46,941 nt of DNA. It comes from a bacterium (GTDB lineage: Bacteria; Desulfobacterota; Binatia; HRBIN30; CADEER01). The translations under genes were made by a program, and so were the position numbers. How positions within the stretch are numbered: the stretch's first letter is position 1; each line of letters starts with the position of its first letter. The stretch lies in NCBI GenBank assembly GCA_031401035.1, contig JANNRA010000116.1:1-46941 (forward strand), written 5' to 3'. The notes under the pieces were generated by a model. That model searched no databases. It saw only the letters and a program-made list of their open reading frames with translations, and was not told where the DNA came from. Positions 8,440 through 16,801 of this stretch are shown piece after piece.

Positions 8440-9597
8440 TTAGGCTGGCGGCGGGAGGTAGTTCTCGATCGCCTCGCCCGGCCGCAGGTGGTCCGCCAGC
8501 ACCGCCTCGAAGGGGCGCTGATCGAGGACCTCGAACTGGCTGGCGTCGAGGGGGAAACGCGCGCCGTCCGCGGTATACGGCGCCACCGCCGCCGAACCGG
8601 CCGACAACACGGTCACCAGCGGCACCAACAACCGCTGCATCGCAGCCGGCTCACGCGTCGTCAGGACGATCTTCGCCTCGGGCAGGCCGCACGACAGGAT
8701 CGACACCAGGCGGATGAACGTCGCGTCGTCGGCGCCGCGCTGGTTGGCACGGCCGGCGATCTGACGCAGGCGCGGCACCGACAGATAGACCTCCATGCCA
8801 GCGTCGAGCAGGTGGCGGGCATGCAGAGCGAGGGCGACGAGCTCGAAGCCGAGGTCGGGGTTGAGGCCGACCAGGATGCCGGGGTTGGCGACGCGCAGGC
8901 CGGCGGCGCGGGCGCGATCGAAGTTGCCCAGGCGGCGGTCGTAGTCGGCGCGCGGATTGCCGGCCGCGGTGCCCATGAAGCGCGCGTAGTGGGGCCGCGA
9001 GTAGGTTTCCTGGAAAGTGCACATGGTCAGCTTGGCGGCGACGGCGCCGTCGGGTCGGCGAGCGAGGGCGTCGAGCAGCAGCGGATACTCGTCGGCGTCG
9101 AGCGAGCCGACGTTGATCAGTACGTGCCGGAAGGCGCGCGCCTGCGTCGCGTGCAACGCTTGGTTCACCTGCGCCAGCACCGGCGCGCGCCGCTCGGCGC
9201 GGTACTCGCCGGTGAGCAGCGCGACGCCGTACATGCCGCGCCGGCGCAGGACATCGAGCTGGTCCGCGATGGTCGCGGCGTCGACCGTCGTGCGGCGCAG
9301 CGCCGCGTTGTCATGGCGCATACCGCACATCCGGCACTCGGCGTCGCAGGTATTGGTCAGGTACAGCGGCGAGAAGGTCTCCAGGCGTGTCGGTCGGTGG
9401 GTGCGCGCGGCACGGGCCAGGGCGTACAGCGCGTCGGCGTCGAGCGGCGCCGTCCACAAGATCGCCAGGTCGTCGACGGCGAGGGGCGCGCCGGCGCGGG
9501 CGCGGCAGACGACCTCGTGACGAACCGCCGTCGGCGCCGCGGCGGCGGCGCGCAGGCGGGCGCTGACGTCGCTCGCGGCGAGGCGGAAGTGCATCAT
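8440..9597 (-). CDS. Radical SAM enzyme of the ThiH/HydG/BioB-like subfamily
   Basis: YLTNTCDAECRMC (CxxxCxxC preceded by Y-x-T/S-N-x-C as in the ThiH/HydE/BioB group); 385 aa. Confidence 0.7.
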   Translation of the reverse strand: MMHFRLAASDVSARLRAAAAAPTAVRHEVVCRARAGAPLAVDDLAILWTAPLDADALYALARAARTHRPTRLETFSPLYLTNTCDAECRMCGMRHDNAALRRTTVDAATIADQLDVLRRRGMYGVALLTGEYRAERRAPVLAQVNQALHATQARAFRHVLINVGSLDADEYPLLLDALARRPDGAVAAKLTMCTFQETYSRPHYARFMGTAAGNPRADYDRRLGNFDRARAAGLRVANPGILVGLNPDLGFELVALALHARHLLDAGMEVYLSVPRLRQIAGRANQRGADDATFIRLVSILSCGLPEAKIVLTTREPAAMQRLLVPLVTVLSAGSAAVAPYTADGARFPLDASQFEVLDQRPFEAVLADHLRPGEAIENYLPPPA

Positions 9598-9726
9598 GTG
9601 GTGCCCTCGCTAACCTTCGCCAGGGAGTCGGTCAACGTGTCGCGCGGCCATTTCGGGCCGCCCCCTCGGTCGCGCCTGTTGGCGCGCTCGGCTAGGCTCC
9701 GCCGCGTGCCCGCGCCCAGTCACGCC

Positions 9727-10521
9727 ATGTCGGTCGATGTCGAGGACTGGTTTCACGACGGCGGCCTGGCGCCGGCCGCGCCGACAGCGCACCGGGTCGA
9801 ACGCAACACCGACGCGCTGCTGGAGCTGTTCGCCGCCGCCGGCGCGCGGGCGACGTTCTTCGTCCTCGGCGACGTCGCCGCCCGTCACCCGCAGCTGATC
9901 GGCCGCATCGCCGCCGGCGGGCACGAGATCGCCAGTCACGGCTACGCGCACCAGCACCTGACGCGCCAGCTGTGGCGCGAGTTCCGCGCCGACGTCGAAC
10001 GCGCCCGCCTGCTGCTCGAGGACCGCGTCGGCGCCGCGGTGCGCGGCTACCGGGCGCCCTATTTCGCCATCCAGGCCGGCGTGCGCTGGCCGATCGAGCA
10101 GATCGCCGCGGCCGGCTACGGCTACGACTCCAGCCTGCTGCCGATGGGCCGCCCGCCGGGACTCGAGCTGGTCTGCCCGCGCGCCCCGTACCGCCATCAC
10201 AATGGCCTCTGGGAGGTACCGGTGGCGGTGCTGCAACTGGGGCGCTTCTGGCATCTGCCGCTGGCGAGCGGCTGGGGCCTGCGTCTGATGCCGCCGCGCC
10301 TGCTGCGACGCGGGCTGGCGCGCTTCGAGCGCGACGTCGGGTCGGGCGTATTCTATCTGCACCCGTGGGAGCTCGATGCCGATTCGCCGTGCGGGCCGGG
10401 TCCCTGGCGCTGGGCGCTGCGCGTCGGCCGCGGCCGGCTGGCGGAGCGCCTCGCGGCGCTGCTGGGCGAGCGGACGTTCGTGCCGATCCGCGACGTGTTT
10501 CCGGAGACGCAGGGCGGATGA
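9727..10521 (+). CDS. Polysaccharide deacetylase, CE4/NodB fold, PEP-CTERM-locus-type subfamily
   Basis: N-terminal MSVDVEDWFH and GHEIASHGYAH motifs; the upstream part of track ORF 8365..10521 overlaps the opposite-strand radical SAM and is rejected. Confidence 0.75.
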   Translation: MSVDVEDWFHDGGLAPAAPTAHRVERNTDALLELFAAAGARATFFVLGDVAARHPQLIGRIAAGGHEIASHGYAHQHLTRQLWREFRADVERARLLLEDRVGAAVRGYRAPYFAIQAGVRWPIEQIAAAGYGYDSSLLPMGRPPGLELVCPRAPYRHHNGLWEVPVAVLQLGRFWHLPLASGWGLRLMPPRLLRRGLARFERDVGSGVFYLHPWELDADSPCGPGPWRWALRVGRGRLAERLAALLGERTFVPIRDVFPETQGG

Positions 10522-10540
10522 GAGGTGTTGTGTCGGGTGC

Positions 10541-10585
10541 GAATCCCCTCACCCTGACCCTCTCGCTGCTGGAGAGGCGACCTTG
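10541..10585. repeat. Palindromic intergenic repeat, family copy 2 (half element)
   Basis: atcccctcaccctgaccctctcgctgctggagaggcgaccttg; near-identical to 2473..2516. Confidence 0.7.
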
Positions 10586-10648
10586 GGCCGCAGCGCGCGG
10601 CTTGCGTGCGTTTCGGCTGCGGCGGGGTGTGGGGATCGGACGCGCTCC

Positions 10649-11647
10649 ATGAAGGCCGCACTCCCGCTGCTCGTCGGCGGCGCGCTGTGTGCGCTGCTGC
10701 TCTGGTGGTTCGGCGTCGACGGCGTCGTCGCGGCGCTGCGCCAGGCGCGCCCGCTCGGGCTGGCGTGGTACGCGATCCTCTCCGCCCTCGTCCTCCTCCT
10801 GCTCGCCGTCCGCTGGCGGCTCGTCGCGCGGGCCCTCGGCGGCGCACCGCCGCTGGCGCGGCTGGCCGCGGCGCGTCTCGCCGGCGACGCGGTCGGCGCG
10901 CTGCTGCCGCTGACGCGCCTGGGCGGCGACCCCCTGCGTGCCGTCCTGGTGCGCGGCGCGGCGCCGTCGCTGGCGGCGGCCGGCGCCGGCGTCGCCATCG
11001 ACCGCCTGCTCGAGCTGATCGGCAACATGGTCGCCGCCATCGCCTATGTCACCGTCTTCGCGCTGACCCGCGCCGACGCCGCCACCCCGGCGCCGCGGTC
11101 GCTGGGCATCGCCATGGCGGTGCTGCTCGTGGTGCTCGCCGTACAACTGCTCGCCCTGGCGCGCGGCCACCGACCGTTGGCGCCGCTGTATGGCGCCCGC
11201 GTTCGGCGCCTGGCGCCGCGCCTGACGCCGTGGTTCGACGGACTGCGGCGCGTCGAGGACCATCTGCAGACCTTCTTCCAAGCCCACCGGCGCGCCTTCG
11301 TCGCCGGTCTCGCCTGCGCCGTCGGTACCGAGCTGCTGATCATCGCCCAGTACCACGCCCTGCTCGCCGCCTTCGGCATCGCCCTCGACCTGCCGGTGCT
11401 GTTGCTGGTCCTGCTCGGCGGCGGCCTGGCGCGCGCCGTGCCGCTGCCGGCCGGGCTCGGTGCGCTCGAAGCGGCGCAGGTCCTCGTCGTCGGCGCCAGC
11501 ACCGGCCGCGCCGATCTCGGTTTCGTCGTCGGTGTGCTGGTGCGCCTGCACGAGACGCTGCTGTTGCTCATCGGACTGGCGGCGCTGGCGTGGTGCGGGG
11601 CGTCGCCGATGCGACAGGCGGCCGTGGCGCGCGAGGCCAGCCGGTGA
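10649..11647 (+). CDS. Flippase-like / lysylphosphatidylglycerol-synthase-TM-region-like integral membrane protein (UPF0104 family)
   Basis: 8-10 predicted TM helices and a GDxxRxxLxRG-like motif (LTRLGGDPLRAV); start taken at MKAALPLL from the track frame. Confidence 0.6.
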   Translation: MKAALPLLVGGALCALLLWWFGVDGVVAALRQARPLGLAWYAILSALVLLLLAVRWRLVARALGGAPPLARLAAARLAGDAVGALLPLTRLGGDPLRAVLVRGAAPSLAAAGAGVAIDRLLELIGNMVAAIAYVTVFALTRADAATPAPRSLGIAMAVLLVVLAVQLLALARGHRPLAPLYGARVRRLAPRLTPWFDGLRRVEDHLQTFFQAHRRAFVAGLACAVGTELLIIAQYHALLAAFGIALDLPVLLLVLLGGGLARAVPLPAGLGALEAAQVLVVGASTGRADLGFVVGVLVRLHETLLLLIGLAALAWCGASPMRQAAVAREASR

Positions 11648-12198
11648 CCTCGGTCCTGCTCAGCATCGTCTTCGCGCTCGGCTGGCTGCCGCTGTTCGCC
11701 TTCCGCGCCGAAACCCTGACCGCGGCGTTGCCGCACTACTCCGCCGCCGAGCGCCTCTCGGTCTATGTCGCGCCACTGACCGTCGCCCTGCACGTCACGC
11801 TCGCCTGCCTGCTGGTGACGCAGGAGACGCCGCTGCCGCCGCTGCGCACGACGGCGGCGCTGGCGCTGTTCGCCGCCGCCCTCGCTTTCTGGTTCCGCGC
11901 CCGGGCGCAGATCGGTCCGCTGCGCAAGCGGCCGCTGCCCGACGAGCCGCCGCCGGTGCTGCGCCGCGACGGCCCCTTCGGCCTGGTGCGCAACCCGCTG
12001 TACCTGGCCTACCTCGGCGCCGCCGCCGCGCCGGCGCTGGTCGCGGCGCGGCCGCTCCTGCTGTTCACCTGGCTCATCTGCCTCGCGGCCCTGAGCGTCC
12101 GCGCGGCTCAGGAAGAAGGCCGCCTGCACGCCCAGCTCGGCCCCACCTACGCCGCCTACTGCCGCGAGGTGAAGCGCCTCATCCCCTTCGTGTGGTAG
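11644..12198 (+). CDS. Membrane methyltransferase of the ICMT/PEMT (isoprenylcysteine carboxyl / phospholipid methyltransferase) family
   Basis: GLVRNPLYLAY and C-terminal EEGRLHAQLGPTYAAYCREVKRLIPFVW motifs; GTGA overlap with the upstream gene. Confidence 0.65.
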   Translation: MTSVLLSIVFALGWLPLFAFRAETLTAALPHYSAAERLSVYVAPLTVALHVTLACLLVTQETPLPPLRTTAALALFAAALAFWFRARAQIGPLRKRPLPDEPPPVLRRDGPFGLVRNPLYLAYLGAAAAPALVAARPLLLFTWLICLAALSVRAAQEEGRLHAQLGPTYAAYCREVKRLIPFVW

Positions 12199-12209
12199 AG
12201 GGGCGCGGC

Positions 12210-13685
12210 ATGACGAGCGCTGGGCGCACCATCGTATTCTGCGAGCCGCCCTACCTGTTCTGGGATCGCCGCCGTGATCGGCTGCGGCAGGGCGAAGAGA
12301 CCATCCCGGGTATGGGCGTGCTGATGCTCGCGGCGGTGGCACGGCGGCGCGGCTATCGCGTCCACCTGCTCGACGCCAAACCGCAGGGCACGGCGCTCGA
12401 CGAGGTCTGCGCGCGCATCATCGCCCTGCGGCCGGACTATCTCGGCTTGTCGGCGACGACCATCTCGGTCACCAACGCGGCGCGTATCGCGGCGCGCGTC
12501 AAGGCGGCGCTGCCGGGGGTGGTGACGATCGTCGGCGGCGCCCATGTCAGCGCCATCCCCGAACGCACGCTCGACGCCTTCCCGAGTCTCGACTACGCCG
12601 TCGCCGGCGAGGGCGAGGTGGCGCTGTTCGCGTTGCTCGAGCACCTCGAACGCGGCGCGCCGCTCGACGACGTCGCCGGCGCCGTCTGGCGCCGCGACGG
12701 TCGCGCGGTGGCCAACCCGCGCGCGCCGTATATCGACGACCTCGACGCGCTGCCGGTGCCGGCCTGGGACCTGCTGCCCGACTTCCCGCACCGCTTTCAA
12801 CCCTCGCTGTTCAGCTATCCGCGCACGCCGGTGGCGACCCTGATCACCTCGCGCGGCTGCCCGTTCACCTGCGTCTTCTGCGACCGCTCGACCTCCGGTC
12901 GCAAGGGGCGCCTGCACGGCGTCGAGACCGTCGTCAGCCTGTGCGCCGACCTGGTCGGGCGCGGCGCGCGGCACATCATGTTCCTCGACGACCTGTTCAC
13001 CGTCCGCCAACGGCGCGTCGTCGAACTGTGCGAGGCGTTGCTTGCCGCCGACCTGCGCTTTTCGTGGAGCTGCAACAGCCACCCCAACCTGCTCGATCTG
13101 CCGACGCTGCGCCTGATGCAGCGCGCCGGCTGCTGGCAGATCGCCTACGGCATCGAGTCCGGCTCGCAGCGCGTGCTCGACACGGTCAAACGCGAGGTGC
13201 GCATCCCGCGCATGCGCGAGACGCTGCGCCTGACCCGCGCCGCCGGCATCCGCACCAAGGGCTACCTCATGCTCGGCCACCCGACCGAAACGCGCGAGAG
13301 TCTGGCCGAGACGGAGGCCTTCCTGCGCGTCGCCGAGCTCGACCTGTGCCAGATCACCAAGTTCACGCCCTACCCCGGCACACCGGCGTACCCGACCATC
13401 GCTCAGCACGGCGCCTTCAGCGAGGACTGGGAACGCATGAACGCCATGCAGTTCGTCTTCGTGCCGCACGGTCTGACGGTGGGTGAGCTCGAGCGCGCCT
13501 TCGACCGCTGCTACCGCACTTTCTACAGCCGCACGGACGTCCTCTGGGGCATGGCGAAGCTGATGGTCGGCGAGCCGCGCTTCATCGGCCGCATGGCCAG
13601 CTCGGCGGCGGTGTACCTCGGGGCGAAGCTGGCCGAGCCGGCGGCGCGGGCGGAGGCCCTGACAGGCTCGCCGGGCCTGAGGTGA
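12210..13685 (+). CDS. B12-binding-domain radical SAM enzyme (class B)
   Basis: N-terminal B12-binding Rossmann region followed by TSRGCPFTCVFCD (CxxxCxxC); 491 aa. Confidence 0.8.
   Translation: MTSAGRTIVFCEPPYLFWDRRRDRLRQGEETIPGMGVLMLAAVARRRGYRVHLLDAKPQGTALDEVCARIIALRPDYLGLSATTISVTNAARIAARVKAALPGVVTIVGGAHVSAIPERTLDAFPSLDYAVAGEGEVALFALLEHLERGAPLDDVAGAVWRRDGRAVANPRAPYIDDLDALPVPAWDLLPDFPHRFQPSLFSYPRTPVATLITSRGCPFTCVFCDRSTSGRKGRLHGVETVVSLCADLVGRGARHIMFLDDLFTVRQRRVVELCEALLAADLRFSWSCNSHPNLLDLPTLRLMQRAGCWQIAYGIESGSQRVLDTVKREVRIPRMRETLRLTRAAGIRTKGYLMLGHPTETRESLAETEAFLRVAELDLCQITKFTPYPGTPAYPTIAQHGAFSEDWERMNAMQFVFVPHGLTVGELERAFDRCYRTFYSRTDVLWGMAKLMVGEPRFIGRMASSAAVYLGAKLAEPAARAEALTGSPGLR
13556..13630. 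repeat. Copy A of a ~75-bp dispersed repeat (3' end of the radical SAM gene), repeated at 14893..14967
   Basis: ctgatggtcggcgagccgcgcttcatcggccgcatggccagctcggcggcggtgtacctcg versus cgatggtcggcgagccgcgcttcgtcggccgcagggccagcgcggcggcggtgtacctcg. Confidence 0.7.
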
Positions 13686-14103
13686 CAGGCCGCGCCGCCG
13701 GCCCCCTCGCCGCTGGTACATCACTACCGTCCGTGGCGTGCCACGTCGTATCGCTGAGACGACACCGAACGGCACCTGCTCTGCATCGCCTGCACCAGGG
13801 CGCGCGACCACCTCTGGGTGGCGACCGTCACGCCCGCTTCCGAGTCCCTCGAGACATGCAGGCACGCGGGCAAGAGGGTGCCACAGGGCCGGCGGACTCA
13901 CGAGCGCTACCGGTTGAGGTGCTTCTCGTAGGGCAACTGCCAGCGCTTGTAGGCGACCTCCATCGAACACTTGTACGCGGCATCTGAGGCGCTTGGCCGA
14001 CGTCAACCTTCCTTGCGAACCGTGTTGCGCTCGCCGCTGAACCCTAGCCGCAGGCCGACCGTACCCGGTAGACAGTCGTCCGTCACTGCCGTATAGGTAT
14101 AGC

Positions 14104-14418
14104 GTGTTCAGGTTCGTCGAGACGGCGCTCTTCACTCGCCTCGTCGATGGGTACCTGTCTGACGATGACTACCTCAAGCTCCAAGTGGCGCTCGCAGAGA
14201 ATCCCGAGCGGGGATCGGTCATTCCCGGGTCCAGCGGGGTGCGGAAGCTGCGCTGGGCTGCGCCGGGTCGAGGCAAGCGCGGAGGATACCGCGTGATCTA
14301 CTACTTGCGGTCACATGCCGGAGCGATTTGGATGCTGACGATGTACCCGAAGAACGTCGCCAACAGCATCCCGGCGCATGTCCTGCGGAAGATACGAAGG
14401 GAGATCGACGATGCGTAA
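14104..14418 (+). CDS. Type II toxin, RelE/HigB-like family (toxin-first arrangement)
   Basis: KRGGYRVIYY...AIWMLTMYPKN motif typical of HigB/RelE-like toxins; sits in a local low-GC island. Confidence 0.7.
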   Translation: MFRFVETALFTRLVDGYLSDDDYLKLQVALAENPERGSVIPGSSGVRKLRWAAPGRGKRGGYRVIYYLRSHAGAIWMLTMYPKNVANSIPAHVLRKIRREIDDA

Positions 14419-14689
14419 GAGCGGGAGGCGAGATGTTGGCGCTGAGATCCTCGAAGGCCTTCGACAGCTGAAGCGCGGAGAAATCGGGCGGGTCACGACC
14501 TTGCCCAGGGTAGCCGAAACACGGGCACGGATGGGGCTGTCGCAGGCGGAGTTTGCTCGCCTACTCGGAGTCTCCGTTCGAACTCTACAGGAATGGGAGC
14601 AGGGTCGCCGCGCCCCCTCGGGACCAGCACGCACCCTCCTGATCATCGCCCACAAGAATCCCCAGGCGTTGCTTGAGGTGGCGGCCTAA
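14411..14689 (+). CDS. HTH (XRE-type) antitoxin, HigA-like
   Basis: ATG at 14411 overlaps the toxin stop by 8 nt (ATGCGTAA); LSQAEFARLLGVSVRTLQEWEQG helix-turn-helix. Confidence 0.65.
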   Translation: MRKSGRRDVGAEILEGLRQLKRGEIGRVTTLPRVAETRARMGLSQAEFARLLGVSVRTLQEWEQGRRAPSGPARTLLIIAHKNPQALLEVAA

Positions 14690-14892
14690 CCCGGCGGGCA
14701 CCCCGATCAGGAGTTCGTCGATTCGACCCTCGGCATCCTGCGGTGGGTTAAAGACGACGAGGCCTGGTCTGGGCGGTCTTGTTTCAGACGTGGGCGGGAT
14801 CGTCTTCTGATGACGACAGGACCGTCTTCTGGCGCGGGCATCCGTGCTCCGGCAGGTCGGTGTAACCGCCCCAGCCGTCGCTACGCACCGTG

Positions 14893-14967
14893 GAGCCGAT
14901 GGTCGGCGAGCCGCGCTTCGTCGGCCGCAGGGCCAGCGCGGCGGCGGTGTACCTCGCGGCGAAGGTG
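14893..14967. repeat. Copy B of the radical SAM 3'-end repeat (relic; no longer in a gene's reading frame)
   Basis: About 85% identical to 13556..13630. The repeat frame (phase of 14881, not covered by any track ORF) reads ...EPMVGEPRFVGRRASAAAVYLAAK..., mirroring the radical SAM C-terminus. Confidence 0.65.
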
Positions 14968-15118
14968 CGCTGGCGGGGCGGGGCGCGCGAGCCCGTGCCG
15001 GCGGCGCCGGCGCGGTGACCGGACGCGGACCGACGCCATTCTCCATGCCGGACCCAGCGTCTCAGACCCAGCGTCGCACGTTTGCGGCGTTACCGGCGCG
15101 GTGCTAGCGGCGTCGCCG

Positions 15119-16801
15119 ATGCGCGGACGGAACGGATTCGTTTGGGCGCTGCCCGCACTGTGCCTCGGCGGCTGGCTCCTCTCCGGCTGCCTGCTGCTGC
15201 AGGGGCGGCACTGGGACGCGACGCGGACAACGGTGATCGAGCCGATCAACTCGGCCCTGCATCGCCACCTGCCGCGCGACATCAAAGCCAGGGATCTCGA
15301 TGCCATCGTGGCGCTCTACGACACCGCCACCGTCGGCGGTCTGAGCTGGGAGGCGCCGCGCGACATCTCCGCCGGCTTCGCCGAGCAGCGGTTGCGCTGG
15401 GACGGACCGGCCGCTGACGAGCCCGTCCGCCAGCGCTACGCGCGCCTGCTGGCGGAATTCGCCACCATCGAGCGCGCCGAGGTGCGCATCCACCGCATCG
15501 GCTGGCACGAGGCCGCGGCGGCCGGCTACCCGGCGGACGTGCGCGTCCTGGTGCGCGGCGTCGGTCCCGACGGGACGCGGCGCATGCTCGATCAGCGCAG
15601 CCGCATGTGGCTCGACCGGCGCGGCGGTGAGTGGCGCATCACCGGCGAGACGGTTTCCAGCCGGGAGATGGTGAGCACGGCGCAGCCGCGCTTCAGCGTC
15701 GTCACCGAGGAGGCGCGGCTGGTCGATGTCCACGACACCGCCGGGTCGCCGGTCTTCCGCCTCATCGGCGATCTCGCCGCCAGTTCCGGCGCGGCGGTCG
15801 CCGATATCGATTGCGACGGCTTCGAGGACGTGGCGCTGTTCAGCACCGATCGCCTGCGGCTCTATCGTAACAACGCCGACGGCACCTTCGCCGACGTCAG
15901 CGCCGCCATGCAGGTGCCGACGCCGCTCCCCCTCGCCGGCACCGGCCTGGTGTTTTTCGACGCCGACAACGACGGCGACCCCGACCTCTGGCTGTCCGGC
16001 ATCCACGGCGACCGCGTCTTGCGCAACGACGGGTGCCGCGCCTTCGTCGACATCACCACCGCCGCCGGCATCGACGCGCGTCCCTGGTCGAGCATGCCGC
16101 TGGTCGCCGACTACGATCGCGACGGCTTCCTGGACGTCTACGTGGTGCGCATGGGCGACCATGCGGAGAAGGCGCCGGAACCGAACTGGGACGCCCGCAA
16201 CGGCGAGGGCGACAGCCTCTACCGCAACAACGGCGACGGCACCTTTACCGACGCCACGCAGGCCGCCGGCATCGCCGAGACCGGTTGGGGCCTGGCCGGC
16301 GCCTGGGGCGACTACGACGGCGACGGCGACCCGGACGTTTACGTCGGCAACGAGTTCGGCACCAACGCCCTCTACCGCAACAACGGCGACGGCACCTTCA
16401 CCGACGTCGCCGCGCCAGCCGGCGTGCTCGATCGCGGCGCCGCCATGGGCGTCGCCTGGGGCGACGCCGACAACGACGGCGACCTCGATCTGTTCGTCGC
16501 CAACATGTACGCCAACTCGCGCTGGGCTCTCGTCCACCCCGAGTTTCCGCCGCCGGTTCCCTGGTACTTCGGCTGGGTGCCGCGCGCCGACGTCGATGCC
16601 ATCACCGACGAACTGACGCGCGGCAACTCGCTGTTGCGCAACAACGGCGACGGCACTTTCACCGACGTCAGCGACGCCGCCGGGGTGCGCGACGGGCAGT
16701 GGGGGTGGGGCGCGGAGTTCGTCGACTACGACAACGACGGCTGGCTCGACGTCTTCGCGACCAACGGATTCGTCACCGGGCCGAACCCGGACGATTTATG
16801 A
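15119..16801 (+). CDS. CRTAC1/ASPIC-family FG-GAP/VCBS-repeat lipoprotein, N-terminal part (terminated by an in-frame TGA)
   Basis: Lipobox signal MRGRNGFVWALPALCLGGWLLSGC; six or more YRNNGDGTFTDV FG-GAP-like repeats; stop at 16799-16801 is followed in the same frame by the next ORF. Confidence 0.7.
   Translation: MRGRNGFVWALPALCLGGWLLSGCLLLQGRHWDATRTTVIEPINSALHRHLPRDIKARDLDAIVALYDTATVGGLSWEAPRDISAGFAEQRLRWDGPAADEPVRQRYARLLAEFATIERAEVRIHRIGWHEAAAAGYPADVRVLVRGVGPDGTRRMLDQRSRMWLDRRGGEWRITGETVSSREMVSTAQPRFSVVTEEARLVDVHDTAGSPVFRLIGDLAASSGAAVADIDCDGFEDVALFSTDRLRLYRNNADGTFADVSAAMQVPTPLPLAGTGLVFFDADNDGDPDLWLSGIHGDRVLRNDGCRAFVDITTAAGIDARPWSSMPLVADYDRDGFLDVYVVRMGDHAEKAPEPNWDARNGEGDSLYRNNGDGTFTDATQAAGIAETGWGLAGAWGDYDGDGDPDVYVGNEFGTNALYRNNGDGTFTDVAAPAGVLDRGAAMGVAWGDADNDGDLDLFVANMYANSRWALVHPEFPPPVPWYFGWVPRADVDAITDELTRGNSLLRNNGDGTFTDVSDAAGVRDGQWGWGAEFVDYDNDGWLDVFATNGFVTGPNPDDL

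Noticed and set aside
8365-10521. 718-aa plus-strand ORF
   Set aside because: The upstream 454 codons overlap the well-supported minus-strand radical SAM gene and have GC-artefact composition. Only the CE4 deacetylase part from ATG 9727 is credible.
13686-14103. Possible tRNA or integrase at the TA island boundary
   Set aside because: No cloverleaf-compatible sequence (no T-loop GTTCGA-like motif with acceptor pairing) and no recombinase ORF. Only a short unplaceable minus-strand ORF (MEVAYKRWQLPYEKHLNR).
16799-16801. In-frame TGA as selenocysteine or recoded codon
   Set aside because: No SECIS-like stem-loop is evident immediately downstream. The codon does not sit at a redox-motif Cys position, and high-GC bacteria are not known to reassign UGA. 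A nonsense mutation or sequencing error is more likely, though not excluded.
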